Source: a virus
Taxonomy: Duplodnaviria > Caudoviricetes
DNA length: 64,000 nucleotides
Direction: 5' to 3' (one strand)
IMG/VR virus record: IMGVR_UViG_3300020050_005398
Location: 17,338-81,337 of that record
Position 1 is the first letter of the stretch, and every line of letters begins with the position of its first letter. Positions 19,792 to 30,438 of this stretch are shown here, one piece after another. The notes below the pieces were generated by a model, which saw only the letters and a list, made by a program, of their open reading frames with translations, did not search any database and was not told the origin of the DNA. The position numbers and the translations under genes were made by a program.

Positions 19792-21969
19792 TCAGTACGG
19801 TTCAATCACAAGTTTCTTTGCTTCTTGAACGTAATAATCAGAGTCAATATCACCGTCAAAGTCCTGCATATCATTGCAGATTTTAACTTTGTATGAAGTG
19901 TCGATACCTAGACGGCGGGATTCGTCAGAACCTTCTAGCGGTTTCATAATCTTGACGAGCTTACCACCGTTCTTACTTGGGTAGTACCGGCAAATTCGCT
20001 GTTGTTCTACTTCTGAGCCGTCGTCTGATACTAACACGAGTCTACTACTACGATCTACTTTGGTACGCAGCATGAAATCAAAGACGTTACCTTTGTTGAA
20101 ATGCTCAGAGATAAACTCGTGCAAATCCTTACCATGCAGCATATACGCTTCAGCAGCCATCGGTACTACGAGCGCGGATTGGTTCTGGTGAAACCCAAGC
20201 CCTTCATATTGGTAAGCTCCTTTACGTTTTACCTTGCCGTTTGTATATACAGCAATGTAGTTATTCACCGTCTGAATAATCATTTTAGAGTAATCTGCAA
20301 ACTCCAACTGAAGTTTTACTTGCTGCTCCCACTGCTTGCAAATCTCATCGTATTGTTCAGTGCTTACTCGCGGTAAAGCCACGGTAATACCGTCTGTATT
20401 TACTTGGATAATTTTCAAGTCAGGAACATCAAGCAGTTTCTCAGCGAGTAAGCACAAGGATAATTGACCGTTGATTGTGATTGTCATCGTGTATTTAGTA
20501 TCAAAGAACACGCTATATTGATTGGCTGACTCGCCATATACCGAGTTCAACGCAAGTTTCAGCATACCGTTTTCAGCAGAACCCTTTGGATAGGACTTGC
20601 GCTGCTCATATACGTCCTGATAGATCGAGCAAAATTCAATACCAAGATGTTCTGGATATACGTTGTTTGAAATAGCAAGGTTGGGGTACATACTAGAAAC
20701 ATCTCCGTCTTTAAGCATATATTTGCTATTTTCTCTAGCAATCTTATTTTCGATACTACCGTGGAGGCCGCCAGTACCGAAGTCAAACCTAAAACCATCC
20801 ACCACTACATTCAGTGTACTAGCTTCTTTCCAGCAACCCCAATACGATTTCTTAGGAATACGAACCTTCTTTTGCTTCTTAGTAAAATCAGGACAACCTT
20901 CTTCGTCCAATGGGTATTCCGTAACGTGATTACCTTCAGAATCAAACAGCCATTCAGTAGCCTTCAGTTCTTCTTCGTCAATCCAACCCAAGGGGTGTTC
21001 ATTCTTAAATGCGGTAAGTTCAACTTCGGTAGGTTTCTGTTTGAACTTCTTGCGCTTAACTTCCAGTTCTGCATACTTAGCTACGTCACCTAATTTGTGT
21101 TCTTCAATATCAGAAAACACACCCTTAGTCTCGGTAATAACTTGCTTAGAAAACCAATCTTTCAACGCAATAAACTCTGGACGTTTGAAATCGTAGTAAT
21201 CAAACAAGCATTCACCGATATTGATATTCTTGCGAATAGTTTGGTTGATTACTTTTTTACCGTCTTTATACTTGTGCAGTGCTACACCTTGTTCTGCAAG
21301 TCGAATCTGGAAGTAATCCTTACCGATTTTACCGTCATTGTGATTGTGAAAGCTCTTACCGTGTTTTTCACTCAACTTGAAACGAAAGTCAATACTAGCA
21401 AGTGATTCGTGCAGAAACAATCGAGTAGCTTCTACGTCATGCTCGTTGTAATCGCAGATTTCATTCACCATGTCAAGTGTAAGTTTACTGTGAATGTCAT
21501 ACGGTAAGTCAACGATTGTTTGCATTCGCAAGTTGAACTCAATCAGCTTCAGGCTAGTCATACGTGCTTTGTTATCAAAGTGATGAATCTTGAATAAATC
21601 CAACTGTTTGATATGCTGATCTTCGTACTTGATGGTATTACCGAATTGATTAGATTTGAAGCTATCGATTTGTTTCTGCGCAATCTTAAACACCCAAGCA
21701 GCAATTGCTTTACCACTTTTAGGTAATGAATTGCGCTTTTCAATAATCTGGTGAAGGATGGGGTAGTCAAAGTTATTTGAGTTAAAGCCTACGAGCCAGC
21801 ATTCATTATCGCGTAAGAAATCCAAGCATTTGAACAGCAGTTCTATTTCGTTGTGAAACGCAGAGCATTTGAAGGTTTTCTTGTGCTTACCGTCTGCTCT
21901 TACGATACTGAACGAAAACAGTTCTTTGTACGTTTCAAGGTCGTATACATACAGTTTGGTTAAATCCAT
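19792..21969 (-). CDS. DNA polymerase, family B, with 3'-5' exonuclease
   Basis: YDLET and GFNSNNFD exonuclease motifs; DVSSMYP, KLALNSVYG and NTDG polymerase motifs. Confidence 0.9.
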   Translation of the reverse strand: MDLTKLYVYDLETYKELFSFSIVRADGKHKKTFKCSAFHNEIELLFKCLDFLRDNECWLVGFNSNNFDYPILHQIIEKRNSLPKSGKAIAAWVFKIAQKQIDSFKSNQFGNTIKYEDQHIKQLDLFKIHHFDNKARMTSLKLIEFNLRMQTIVDLPYDIHSKLTLDMVNEICDYNEHDVEATRLFLHESLASIDFRFKLSEKHGKSFHNHNDGKIGKDYFQIRLAEQGVALHKYKDGKKVINQTIRKNINIGECLFDYYDFKRPEFIALKDWFSKQVITETKGVFSDIEEHKLGDVAKYAELEVKRKKFKQKPTEVELTAFKNEHPLGWIDEEELKATEWLFDSEGNHVTEYPLDEEGCPDFTKKQKKVRIPKKSYWGCWKEASTLNVVVDGFRFDFGTGGLHGSIENKIARENSKYMLKDGDVSSMYPNLAISNNVYPEHLGIEFCSIYQDVYEQRKSYPKGSAENGMLKLALNSVYGESANQYSVFFDTKYTMTITINGQLSLCLLAEKLLDVPDLKIIQVNTDGITVALPRVSTEQYDEICKQWEQQVKLQLEFADYSKMIIQTVNNYIAVYTNGKVKRKGAYQYEGLGFHQNQSALVVPMAAEAYMLHGKDLHEFISEHFNKGNVFDFMLRTKVDRSSRLVLVSDDGSEVEQQRICRYYPSKNGGKLVKIMKPLEGSDESRRLGIDTSYKVKICNDMQDFDGDIDSDYYVQEAKKLVIEPY

Positions 21970-22027
21970 AGGTCATCCTTCATGGGTGTGTGGAGTAAAA
22001 CTTGGAGTATAACATAGAATACAAACG

Positions 22028-22048
22028 AAAAAGACAGCCGAAGCTGTC
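22028..22048 (-). terminator. Intrinsic terminator
   Basis: GACAGC-CGAA-GCTGTC with U-tract on minus strand. Confidence 0.65.
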
Positions 22049-22062
22049 CTGTTAGGTTAATT

Positions 22063-22659
22063 TCAAGTACCGTGTCGTTCAGTATAACCAGCACCAAGTT
22101 CATTTAGTCTAATTATCTGTTCTTTTCTCCACGTTAATGCACAGTCAAGAGCCACATCATAACCTCTCTTTAAAGTTGACCAGCTTCTTGAAACCACTTT
22201 GTCATTTTCAGAATAATGTGCTCTGATTTTAGATAAAGGTGTACCACGCTTGCTTATGTAATTTTCTAAATAAACTCCGCACGCTAACTCTTTTTTAGAT
22301 TTAATTTTTCTTTTATTACGACTATTGATAGACGGATCGACAATTCTTAAATTAGATATTGAATTATTTAATCCATTACCATCAATATGATCAACATCTA
22401 AAGTTGAGTCTAAGTCGCAACTTAAAATTGACATGATTATTCTGTGTACCAAGAAATGTTTTCTAAAAACATTAACAGAATAGTAACTAACATTTCTGTT
22501 TTTATTTCTGTAAATAAACCCTGCTGGTTCACCTACTCTTGAATAATTCAACTTACCAGAATAAAGCCTCGGAACCTTCCAAGTTAACCCAGTTGGACTT
22601 TCATCCGATAATTCAAAAACACTTTTGAAATCAAATTTATTATAATCACGTTTTTTCAT
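22063..22659 (-). CDS. Free-standing HNH homing endonuclease
   Basis: LVHRIIM...DVDHIDGNGLNNSISNLR; AT-rich insertion between helicase and polymerase. Confidence 0.85.
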   Translation of the reverse strand: MKKRDYNKFDFKSVFELSDESPTGLTWKVPRLYSGKLNYSRVGEPAGFIYRNKNRNVSYYSVNVFRKHFLVHRIIMSILSCDLDSTLDVDHIDGNGLNNSISNLRIVDPSINSRNKRKIKSKKELACGVYLENYISKRGTPLSKIRAHYSENDKVVSRSWSTLKRGYDVALDCALTWRKEQIIRLNELGAGYTERHGT

Positions 22660-24410
22660 TGATATTCTCCGTTCAGAAAATCATCGTAGTCGTAAAGATT
22701 CGCAGTCTCAATGTCGTAATACATACTACCTGCTGGCCCTGTTTCAGAAAAATCCCTGTTTTTCAAAATAGTGATTGTAGTTCTGTTTCGTTCCATCGGG
22801 TCTGGATTTTGTTTATCACGTTCCAAAGCAAGAGTTTGACCGGACGCTTTAACTAAGAAACTACTACCCTGAGCATCATCTTCAGTCAAAGGATTTGCGT
22901 TAGCACTACCGGATGATTTTCTGACATGTGACACGATAATTGGAGTAATAGAATATTCCTTCATTATTTTCTTGAACCAAGTAGCTACTTCTTCTTGTTC
23001 TGAAACTGACATACCCGATAGTAGGTCAGAATACGGATCAACGACAAGTACACTTACACCCATTGAAATGATCATTTCCAAAAGTTTCTCTTTAACCTGC
23101 TCCCAAGAAGCACCACGGTCATCACAAACATAAAGAGTAGGATTACCATCAGGTTTCTCGTAAAGTTGTTTTACTTTTTCTTCAATATCTTTTCTGCTTA
23201 GAAACGCAGTGCGTTCTTCTTTTGACAACCGATGCAGCGGAGTCTGTAAGTGATAAGAAAGCATGTTCTGACTAAATTTACCAGCGTCAGCTTCCAGTGA
23301 AAGAACTCCGATAACTTCGTTTGGTTCATTCAACGCAAGGTGCCTAGTTAGCGCAGACATTAGGGTTGTTTTACCAATTGACGTTTTCGCTAGGATCAAA
23401 GTTATCTCATTTTTGACTAGACCGTTACCAAGCATTTTAGCAGCATGCTTCATAAATGGTGGAAGACTAATCATCTCCAAATCCATACGATCAAGTGCCG
23501 CTTTATACAAAGAGGTACTTGCATAAACACCAGCGGGTGTGTAAGGTTGAGCTGCCCAAAAATCATTAATAAATTCCTGTTCTGCTCCGACCAACTTATC
23601 CGTAGCTTTATCCCAAATATAACAGTTGGGGTCTTTTCTACGCATTTTCATAACGTAGACTTTACCTCGTGGTAATACCTTGGTAATTTTTTCAACAGCT
23701 TCTTCTCCTGCCGCATCGGAATCCATAGCAATAATGCACTTTTTGAACTGATTGAAAAACGCATATTGCGCTTGAACTTGCTTATAGGTAGCTGTTTCAC
23801 CAACAGTAGAGCTTACAACCGCAATGGGGTCGTATTGTTTATTCTTCTGTGCATCAGATAGCATCTGGAAAGTAGCAAGAACATCGGCTTCACCGCCAAC
23901 GATAATTACTGTATGGTTACTCGTTTTAAATTTAAACTGACCAAACAATTCACAGTCTTTACCTGTAGCTCCGTAGTGCAGTGAAAAGTCTTTCGGGTGC
24001 TTGCGCACTTTATACCCTGAAAGTTCATATCCACGAGTACACGGGTAAAACGACTTTGTAACTTCTTCTTCAGAATCATTATATTCATACCTTACCCCAA
24101 ATTGTTTACTAATTTCAGTGCGAATACCTCGATAACCTAGTGTATCGACACCCGTGTTACCTTTTATTTCAAGATTTTTCTCCTGCGTAATACTTGGTTT
24201 TACTTCCATATTTTCCTTTTGTTTAACCGTTGATTTTACACTCAATTTAATTTTACTCGATGATTTCTTCTGGTTAGCTTCTTTGTATTCTTCACTAGGT
24301 ACAGTCTTTAAACAGACGAAGCAGTGCGAAGAATTGTCCTCGTAGATAGCTAGACCATCGGAACTGCCACAGTCAGGACAATCCGTATGTTTAACGAAAT
24401 TCGCCATCAA
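22656..24410 (-). CDS. Primase-helicase (T7 gp4-like)
   Basis: CPDCGSSD...CFVC Zn finger; GGEAD and DSDAAG TOPRIM; AKTSIGKT Walker A; VVDP; KNR. Confidence 0.92.
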   Translation of the reverse strand: MMANFVKHTDCPDCGSSDGLAIYEDNSSHCFVCLKTVPSEEYKEANQKKSSSKIKLSVKSTVKQKENMEVKPSITQEKNLEIKGNTGVDTLGYRGIRTEISKQFGVRYEYNDSEEEVTKSFYPCTRGYELSGYKVRKHPKDFSLHYGATGKDCELFGQFKFKTSNHTVIIVGGEADVLATFQMLSDAQKNKQYDPIAVVSSTVGETATYKQVQAQYAFFNQFKKCIIAMDSDAAGEEAVEKITKVLPRGKVYVMKMRRKDPNCYIWDKATDKLVGAEQEFINDFWAAQPYTPAGVYASTSLYKAALDRMDLEMISLPPFMKHAAKMLGNGLVKNEITLILAKTSIGKTTLMSALTRHLALNEPNEVIGVLSLEADAGKFSQNMLSYHLQTPLHRLSKEERTAFLSRKDIEEKVKQLYEKPDGNPTLYVCDDRGASWEQVKEKLLEMIISMGVSVLVVDPYSDLLSGMSVSEQEEVATWFKKIMKEYSITPIIVSHVRKSSGSANANPLTEDDAQGSSFLVKASGQTLALERDKQNPDPMERNRTTITILKNRDFSETGPAGSMYYDIETANLYDYDDFLNGEYQ

Positions 24411-24421
24411 TCACCTTTATT

Positions 24422-24766
24422 TTACTCATAACTAACAACCGTAGTAACCTTCTTCGTAAGAAACCCTTCTTGCTCCAGAAGCATCAACCAGTTACTATCA
24501 CCGAAGTTCCTACCGTGCATACAACCTTTAACCGCGCATAGAAGCTCGTACCAATCATCGAATGTACCTTGAGTATCATACCTACCAGAATAATGTGCTT
24601 CACCGTCAGCATACCAAATGTGCAAGTGAGACTTCATACCTGTGTTAAGGTCGTACAACACACCTGCATTTTCTATGATTGAACTAAAGTTTTTACGCAG
24701 TGTAATTTGAATACTGTGATCTACTACAAGCCTGTAGATAATGCTATTGAATTCTTCATGTGTCAT
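24422..24766 (-). CDS. Hypothetical protein
   Basis: Collinear 114-aa ORF. Confidence 0.55.
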   Translation of the reverse strand: MTHEEFNSIIYRLVVDHSIQITLRKNFSSIIENAGVLYDLNTGMKSHLHIWYADGEAHYSGRYDTQGTFDDWYELLCAVKGCMHGRNFGDSNWLMLLEQEGFLTKKVTTVVSYE

Positions 24767-25299
24767 TATTCATCCTTACTAAAAGTACAACCAAAAGCAT
24801 GAGCAATCATCTTGCTGATAAACTCACTTCCAGCCCAATAATCACAATCTTTAATATAACCTTCAGAATAAAACTCACCGGAAATAATCCCTGCTTTAAT
24901 CAGCGCAGCATACACAGGTTCATCCCAATCAGAATTACCATAAGGCCTCTTACCACTGAATCCACAAGGGTCATCCCACAGTTTTACAAGCAGATTACAG
25001 AAGAACTCACGCAAACTAATATAACCGAGCGCTGGATGATCAAACCCCAAGTCCAATGCTTTATCGTAGATTGATACGAGCGGTTGCATTGGTTGTGATT
25101 GTGCTTTTACTTCTGGTTGTGATGGTTGATATAGCTCAAAGTATTCTTCAAGCCAATGATCAATACTCCCATCTACGGTAATACAATAGCAAGTTCCGTG
25201 CTTAAAAACACCCGTTACAACAACTGGTAAAGTTCCAAAACTGAAATCTTCGATACAGTCAGTACGAACTACAACATCACCTGTTTTAAATTTGTTCAT
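24766..25299 (-). CDS. Two-domain hypothetical protein (FKxGDVVVRT domain + QP linker)
   Basis: N-terminus similar to 10848..11138. Confidence 0.55.
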   Translation of the reverse strand: MNKFKTGDVVVRTDCIEDFSFGTLPVVVTGVFKHGTCYCITVDGSIDHWLEEYFELYQPSQPEVKAQSQPMQPLVSIYDKALDLGFDHPALGYISLREFFCNLLVKLWDDPCGFSGKRPYGNSDWDEPVYAALIKAGIISGEFYSEGYIKDCDYWAGSEFISKMIAHAFGCTFSKDE

Positions 25300-25326
25300 T
25301 GAATTACTCCTTATATAAAAACAAAA

Positions 25327-25575
25327 CTACGCGATGAAATCGTTGATAAGTTTTACAATTTCATCCTTGGATACGACCGATACTCTATATGTAAAGCAAT
25401 CATACTCGTCCACCGTAAATTCCAAGTAATCACCGCAACTTTCACGAACGCTATTAATCGTTTCAAACTCACCACAGAATTCATCTTCAATTACTTGCTT
25501 CAGAATACTGTTCGTTTCAATAAACGATTTCACAGCAGCGTATACCGTATCAACGGTTACTGGTTTAATAGTCAC
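25327..25575 (-). CDS. Hypothetical protein
   Basis: Collinear. Confidence 0.5.
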   Translation of the reverse strand: MTIKPVTVDTVYAAVKSFIETNSILKQVIEDEFCGEFETINSVRESCGDYLEFTVDEYDCFTYRVSVVSKDEIVKLINDFIA

Positions 25576-25850
25576 GTATTACCTCCTCCATTGTCATGCA
25601 ACGGACAACATCCGTCTGGAACCAAGTATCCATAACCTCCATTTCCAACATTCCGAACTTTACGTTCGTCATCACCCCGATTCAACTCTACTGAATTATA
25701 CCCGCAAATGAAGGTACAACCCCAACGAGTCAACCGAAGAAACTTACAATCTTTACTCAACCCAGCAGAACAGGTAGGTTTACCTTCGGGTGTAACGAAG
25801 GTTTCGATCTTGATTGAAGTGTAGGTTTTAGTTTCGGTATTATTCATCAT
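25572..25850 (-). CDS. Hypothetical Cys-containing protein
   Basis: Start reassigned to ATG 25850 (GGAG SD). Confidence 0.5.
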   Translation of the reverse strand: MMNNTETKTYTSIKIETFVTPEGKPTCSAGLSKDCKFLRLTRWGCTFICGYNSVELNRGDDERKVRNVGNGGYGYLVPDGCCPLHDNGGGNT

Positions 25851-26196
25851 ATTTCTCCGAGTAGTTACTTCCAGTAGCAATCCACATTTGTTCAAACCAC
25901 TGTTCTAATTCTTGAATAGAATCAGCTTCATCCTTTGGTGAAATTGTAACATAAACAACACTGCCACTTACCAGTGTGTACATCTCAAGTTGATAACCTA
26001 CGTTACCAAACACAGCATGACTTTTCCATTCTGGTTTGTCGTAGTCATACACATAGCACTCAATGAAGTATTTAACTCCAATATCATCCTTGAATTTCTT
26101 CTGAAAGAAATAATCAGCAGAACGTGGATTGTATCCTGTGTATTTACGGTAGCCAGATTCTAACCATTGTCCGGGTTTGATATGATTGTTTGGCAT
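25840..26196 (-). CDS. Hypothetical protein
   Basis: 118-aa ORF with AAGGA SD. Confidence 0.55.
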   Translation of the reverse strand: MPNNHIKPGQWLESGYRKYTGYNPRSADYFFQKKFKDDIGVKYFIECYVYDYDKPEWKSHAVFGNVGYQLEMYTLVSGSVVYVTISPKDEADSIQELEQWFEQMWIATGSNYSEKYDE

Positions 26197-26380
26197 ATTT
26201 TATCCTTTAGAAATATTTAACCATTAGTGGGATTAATGCAACCTGTGCAAATGCAATTACGAAAAGAGGTTTAGCATTGTACTTACCAATAGGAAGATTG
26301 TGATATTTAAAAGCATTAGTTAACATCATAAAACTATAAATTACATATAAACCGACAGCAAAATAAAGTAACCACATATT

Positions 26381-27130
26381 TTATCCTTTCAAAAACAGTT
26401 CATACTTACTCTGCAAATCATTCACAAAACCATCTTGATCACTACACAGATAACTACTAGGACGTTCATTGAATCTAGCAAACAGGTGCATCTTTGATAC
26501 TCGTGAATTTTCAGTATCCATAAAATTACCTTTGATACTCAATTCAGTAATATACTTGATTTTATCCTTATCTTGCATCACAGTAGCAAGCGCAAGAGCA
26601 TTCAGCAGATTATACGTCAATCCTTCGTAGCATTTATCTGATTGTTCTTGATACGTTGGTAGAATCAGACGGTACAGGTGATTAACCAGCATTGACTGAT
26701 TGTACAAAGCAGTGTTATATAGTGCAGTTTGATATGCAGATTCTACGCTGTATGGAGCAGCAGGATCAATCTCAGGAATACCAGCAGGTTGAACAATCGT
26801 CAAACCGTCAACAACACTACAATAAGAACTCCAGAAATAACCTGTAACAACAGGCTTATGGCACCGAATATACTCTCTGAATTTTTCACTAAAGTAAACA
26901 GTCAATTTATCTTCGTAGTCATGCTTTTCTTTCAACGTAGGTTTCTTCTGTGCTTGTTGCGTCAAGATAAACTTGTGGTTAATCAGTGCTTTAGCAAGCG
27001 ATGACTCTATAGCTTCTTGTACTGCATTATGATCCAAGCAAGTATGACGTTGCAAGTTGAACAAGGCTTCTTGCATCCAGAATACTTCTGCTAGAGTATT
27101 GCAGGATTGGAACGGGTGTTGGTTATACAC
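26381..27130 (-). CDS. Hypothetical protein
   Basis: 249-aa ORF, no recognised motif. Confidence 0.6.
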   Translation of the reverse strand: MYNQHPFQSCNTLAEVFWMQEALFNLQRHTCLDHNAVQEAIESSLAKALINHKFILTQQAQKKPTLKEKHDYEDKLTVYFSEKFREYIRCHKPVVTGYFWSSYCSVVDGLTIVQPAGIPEIDPAAPYSVESAYQTALYNTALYNQSMLVNHLYRLILPTYQEQSDKCYEGLTYNLLNALALATVMQDKDKIKYITELSIKGNFMDTENSRVSKMHLFARFNERPSSYLCSDQDGFVNDLQSKYELFLKG

Positions 27131-27133
27131 AGG

Positions 27134-27358
27134 TTATGCTCCAAAGTTATCTAGTTTGTTAATCTGCTCGGTAATAACAGCAAGTTCTTTCTTGAGTTTA
27201 TACCACCGGAAAGGGTTGTAAGTATCCTGCATATCTACGCTAATATCCCTAGCTTTACGGATAAGTTTCCGTAGCTGAGTATTGCGTTCATACGCAGAGA
27301 TAAAATCTTCAAGGTCGTTGCGGTGCATTCTTTGCTCCTTGTCTGTTAAGATGACCAT
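27134..27358 (-). CDS. Hypothetical protein
   Basis: Collinear. Confidence 0.5.
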   Translation of the reverse strand: MVILTDKEQRMHRNDLEDFISAYERNTQLRKLIRKARDISVDMQDTYNPFRWYKLKKELAVITEQINKLDNFGA

Positions 27359-27446
27359 ATTCTACATCAACTACAAAAACTAAAAGGTTCTACTATTGAT
27401 ATTATCTCAAGTAAAACCGTTGTTGATAGTCTGTTACTATGCTTGA

Positions 27447-27791
27447 TTAGTACTCACCAGTAAACTGCATGTAGTCTACAAGGATTTCAAGCGTTACATC
27501 TTCTAGTTTTAGAACTTCCATAAAGCAAGTAAACGCTTCTTCGTAAGTAGAGAACTGTTTTACTACACAATGATTACCGGCACCACCTACATTTACACAC
27601 CAAACGTCTTTTGTAGTAAAACAATCACTGTCAAGCGAATAGATACTTACACTACAACCAGAAGTAAAGTATCGGCCTACTGTGTCACTAATTTCATAGG
27701 AACAATACCAGTCGTCGCTTGATGGTTTATAGACGGTAATTTCTTTAAAGTCTCTATTTGAATTTGGAATCATGACATTTATCCAAAACAA
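27447..27791 (-). CDS. Hypothetical protein
   Basis: Collinear. Confidence 0.5.
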   Translation of the reverse strand: MFWINVMIPNSNRDFKEITVYKPSSDDWYCSYEISDTVGRYFTSGCSVSIYSLDSDCFTTKDVWCVNVGGAGNHCVVKQFSTYEEAFTCFMEVLKLEDVTLEILVDYMQFTGEY

Positions 27792-28003
27792 GTATTACAA
27801 ACACAACAAACGTAACAGTCAATATCCGGTCTGTCGTTGTGCTCAAAACTCAGAAGATCATCTTCAGTATAACCAGCACCTATATCTGGAAAATAATTCT
27901 TATCAGGATTACCGTAAGTCCAGTTACCGGAATGTGGTGCCCAATCAGAATCTAACCTGAATTTACCTACGCGACTACTTCCGCAATTTGGACAAGTATT
28001 CAT
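27779..28003 (-). CDS. Small Zn-ribbon protein
   Basis: CPNCGS...CCVC. Confidence 0.55.
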   Translation of the reverse strand: MNTCPNCGSSRVGKFRLDSDWAPHSGNWTYGNPDKNYFPDIGAGYTEDDLLSFEHNDRPDIDCYVCCVCNTCFG

Positions 28004-28151
28004 TGTTGTTTACTCCCACAAATCTGCATCAACAAGTTAACAGCATGAATAAACACTTCTTGGTTTTGTCTGGGAAGTTGATGCCAAGGAACATTACCTC
28101 CAAGTTTAGCTTGCAGTTGCTCGTACAAGAGTTCTGTCTCTGATTTATTAT

Positions 28152-28337
28152 TCACTTGATCTCTCCGAAAGATTTAACATAAGGATTACTTTTCATTAGT
28201 CCAGCATGAATAGCAACCTTTGATTTAGCGCACGTAAATACATGCAGTAGGTTAGTCTTGGAATCAATCCAGAACATTTGTACAGTAGGTTCTGTTTGTT
28301 TAGGTACTTTGAGTTTAGACAAGGTTATTCTCCACAA
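28152..28337 (-). CDS. Hypothetical protein
   Basis: Collinear. Confidence 0.45.
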   Translation of the reverse strand: MWRITLSKLKVPKQTEPTVQMFWIDSKTNLLHVFTCAKSKVAIHAGLMKSNPYVKSFGEIK

Positions 28338-28770
28338 TTTGCAAGTTAGAACGAAAATTCAACTCACGCTTCAGAAACTCACGTAGTTCTGCTGCGATTC
28401 GAAACTGAGTATCAAGTATAGCTTCAATATGAGCTGTTTCCATGCTTGCTACTGAAATATATTTCAGAGGTTGATCACCAGATTTACCACGAGTACCCCA
28501 CATTACAAAATGCCTAGCAAATTCGTGAGGTGTATCGAGCGTAACGACTGTATATTCTGCTGGTACTACATTGACGTTAGACCTTGTGTAGTATCCAAGA
28601 CCGTCAATCATGTAAATTTCACCTGTAACCTTGTCGGTGTGTTGATGGTAGTCATGTCTGTGTTTGCATTGCAGAACAGTGCCGTCAGGTGTCTCGCAGA
28701 GATATGCAAGGATGTAATTTGTGTTGATTTCTTCGTTAATATCCACGGTTGTAGTTCCTTTCGTCAGCAA
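28315..28770 (-). CDS. Conserved phage hypothetical protein
   Basis: TPDGTVLQCKHRHDY...IDG...WGTRGKSGDQPLKY pattern seen in lytic phages. Confidence 0.6.
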   Translation of the reverse strand: MLTKGTTTVDINEEINTNYILAYLCETPDGTVLQCKHRHDYHQHTDKVTGEIYMIDGLGYYTRSNVNVVPAEYTVVTLDTPHEFARHFVMWGTRGKSGDQPLKYISVASMETAHIEAILDTQFRIAAELREFLKRELNFRSNLQIVENNLV

Positions 28771-29023
28771 CAGCTCGATCTAACTCACGATCATACCCAA
28801 TATCTTCTCGGTATAACTCACGCATATAGTCAATGTAGTCTTCTACTCGCTGTTCAAGCTGACGAACAATACAAGCAAGTTCAGCGTCAGTAAGTTCTTC
28901 AAATTCTTCTGTATCTTTATCGTACTTTGGGTACACCAGATCGAATGCTTGTGCATCCCACCAGTATTCACCGATGATAATAACACCGTTCCATTCAGTT
29001 GTAAATTTTGTTGGTTTACTCAT
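28736..29023 (-). CDS. Hypothetical protein
   Basis: Collinear. Confidence 0.5.
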   Translation of the reverse strand: MSKPTKFTTEWNGVIIIGEYWWDAQAFDLVYPKYDKDTEEFEELTDAELACIVRQLEQRVEDYIDYMRELYREDIGYDRELDRAVADERNYNRGY

Positions 29024-29037
29024 ATAAGTCCTTTCGT

Positions 29038-29307
29038 TTAATGCTGAGTGATGTTGAAGTATACACGATAACTTGTACCAACTACTTCAAGCTGTGGTTT
29101 ACTTACAGTAACCATCGGTTTGTTATCAAGCATGTAGATTGTAGCGTAGTCCGTGCATTGAACGCTGATTCTTTCCCAGCAGTCAGTACCATAGACACAT
29201 CTACGTTTTAATGCAACGTCAACAGCGCGGTCTACATCGCTGTAAGCAAGAGCAATCAAGTCATGAACGATGTTATCAAGATGGTCTGTGTAGTCAATGA
29301 TTTTCAT
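29038..29307 (-). CDS. Hypothetical protein
   Basis: GGAG SD, collinear. Confidence 0.55.
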   Translation of the reverse strand: MKIIDYTDHLDNIVHDLIALAYSDVDRAVDVALKRRCVYGTDCWERISVQCTDYATIYMLDNKPMVTVSKPQLEVVGTSYRVYFNITQH

Positions 29308-29330
29308 AATTTACTCCTTTGTTTGTATAA

Positions 29331-29423
29331 AGCGTTTTAAGCGATTATTTCTCGTCAGGCTACCTTGGTATCAACTTGCGTAGAAAACGGCTAAAAAGCT
29401 CCTATGCGTAGGCTTCCTGAGCC
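29331..29423 (+). repeat. Dispersed intergenic double-palindrome repeat, copy B (second palindrome degenerate)
   Basis: GCGATTATTTCTCGTCAGGCTACCTTGGTATCAAC; 21-nt exact match to copy C. Confidence 0.8.
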
Positions 29424-29459
29424 TTTTGTGATTGTACAGTTGGTAGGTTTCTATGCTAA

Positions 29460-29687
29460 TCACAGAATCAAGCTGTATTTGCACTGAAACGAGAAGTTGT
29501 CTTTGGTGTGCAAGGGTTGAATTTCACCGACGTATGTTACCCATCCTTGTTCATCTACATCCACAACCTCAACAGCATGACCTGACGATGATAACCACTG
29601 TTGACCTATCCGCACAACACCAGCAGGTAGGATACCACCTAGCAGCACCCAATGCTTACCACTACGTTCTACACGAAATTCTTGCAT
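29460..29687 (-). CDS. Hypothetical protein
   Basis: GGAG SD; RIGQQWLSSSG. Confidence 0.5.
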   Translation of the reverse strand: MQEFRVERSGKHWVLLGGILPAGVVRIGQQWLSSSGHAVEVVDVDEQGWVTYVGEIQPLHTKDNFSFQCKYSLIL

Positions 29688-29698
29688 GACTTACTCCT

Positions 29699-29884
29699 TT
29701 ACTTCTTACCTGTTGGAACACAACGAAATGACTCTGGTTTCAACCCAAGCTGCCTACCTGCGTTTTCGCAGTGCTGTACTGTAGCGTATTCACCGGAGTA
29801 AGTCCATCCATTGTAATACTCTCGTCCGTACTTCCCTGTGTTACCCATCGCAACTACACTCCACACAAACAAAATCGTACTCAT
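29699..29884 (-). CDS. Small secreted/membrane protein with Cys pair
   Basis: Hydrophobic N-terminus; HCENAG...FRCV. Confidence 0.5.
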   Translation of the reverse strand: MSTILFVWSVVAMGNTGKYGREYYNGWTYSGEYATVQHCENAGRQLGLKPESFRCVPTGKK

Positions 29885-29999
29885 AAACTCTCCTAAAGTT
29901 GAAACTAAGCCTGTACTGTACCACAGAACTTACCCACAGTACCATCCGTACTAACAAAAGTTTTTACACAACTTCTCTCAAGTTTGTTTAGCCAAACTC

Positions 30000-30027
30000 T
30001 TGACAGACACAACTTTCAGGTTATACT
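30000..30027 (+). promoter_or_regulatory. Sigma70-like promoter
   Basis: TTGACA-16 nt-TATACT. Confidence 0.6.
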
Positions 30028-30039
30028 CAAGGTTGTATG

Positions 30040-30300
30040 GGGGTTTGGGGGTACTAGGGTTATACTAAGGTTTAACTAAGATATAACGTAAGTATATACT
30101 AACGTATTAACTTTATTAAGTATTTAATATATAAACTATTATAATAATTTATAAATAAGTAATAACAATAGATATACTATTAGATATACTAAAGATGTAA
30201 CATTAGTTATATACAAGTATTATACTAGAATATAACCTTAGTATTACTACAGTATATACATATATTATTACTAGGGTAGCATGCTTGTCAATATGTTTTG
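30040..30300. other. Very AT-rich non-coding region between divergent arms (candidate origin)
   Basis: No ORF; long A/T runs; repeated GATATACTA and GGTTATACT. Confidence 0.45.
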
Positions 30301-30438
30301 TTAGCTAGTAATATGATAGCTAGTCTTGTTTGTGCTTGTAGTAAGAAAACAACAAAACAGAATAATTTTAGTGTTGTGCTTAAAACTTTATGAAGTTGTG
30401 CTAAAGTTCAGTTCTCAAATTAACCAATAGGAGTAAAC

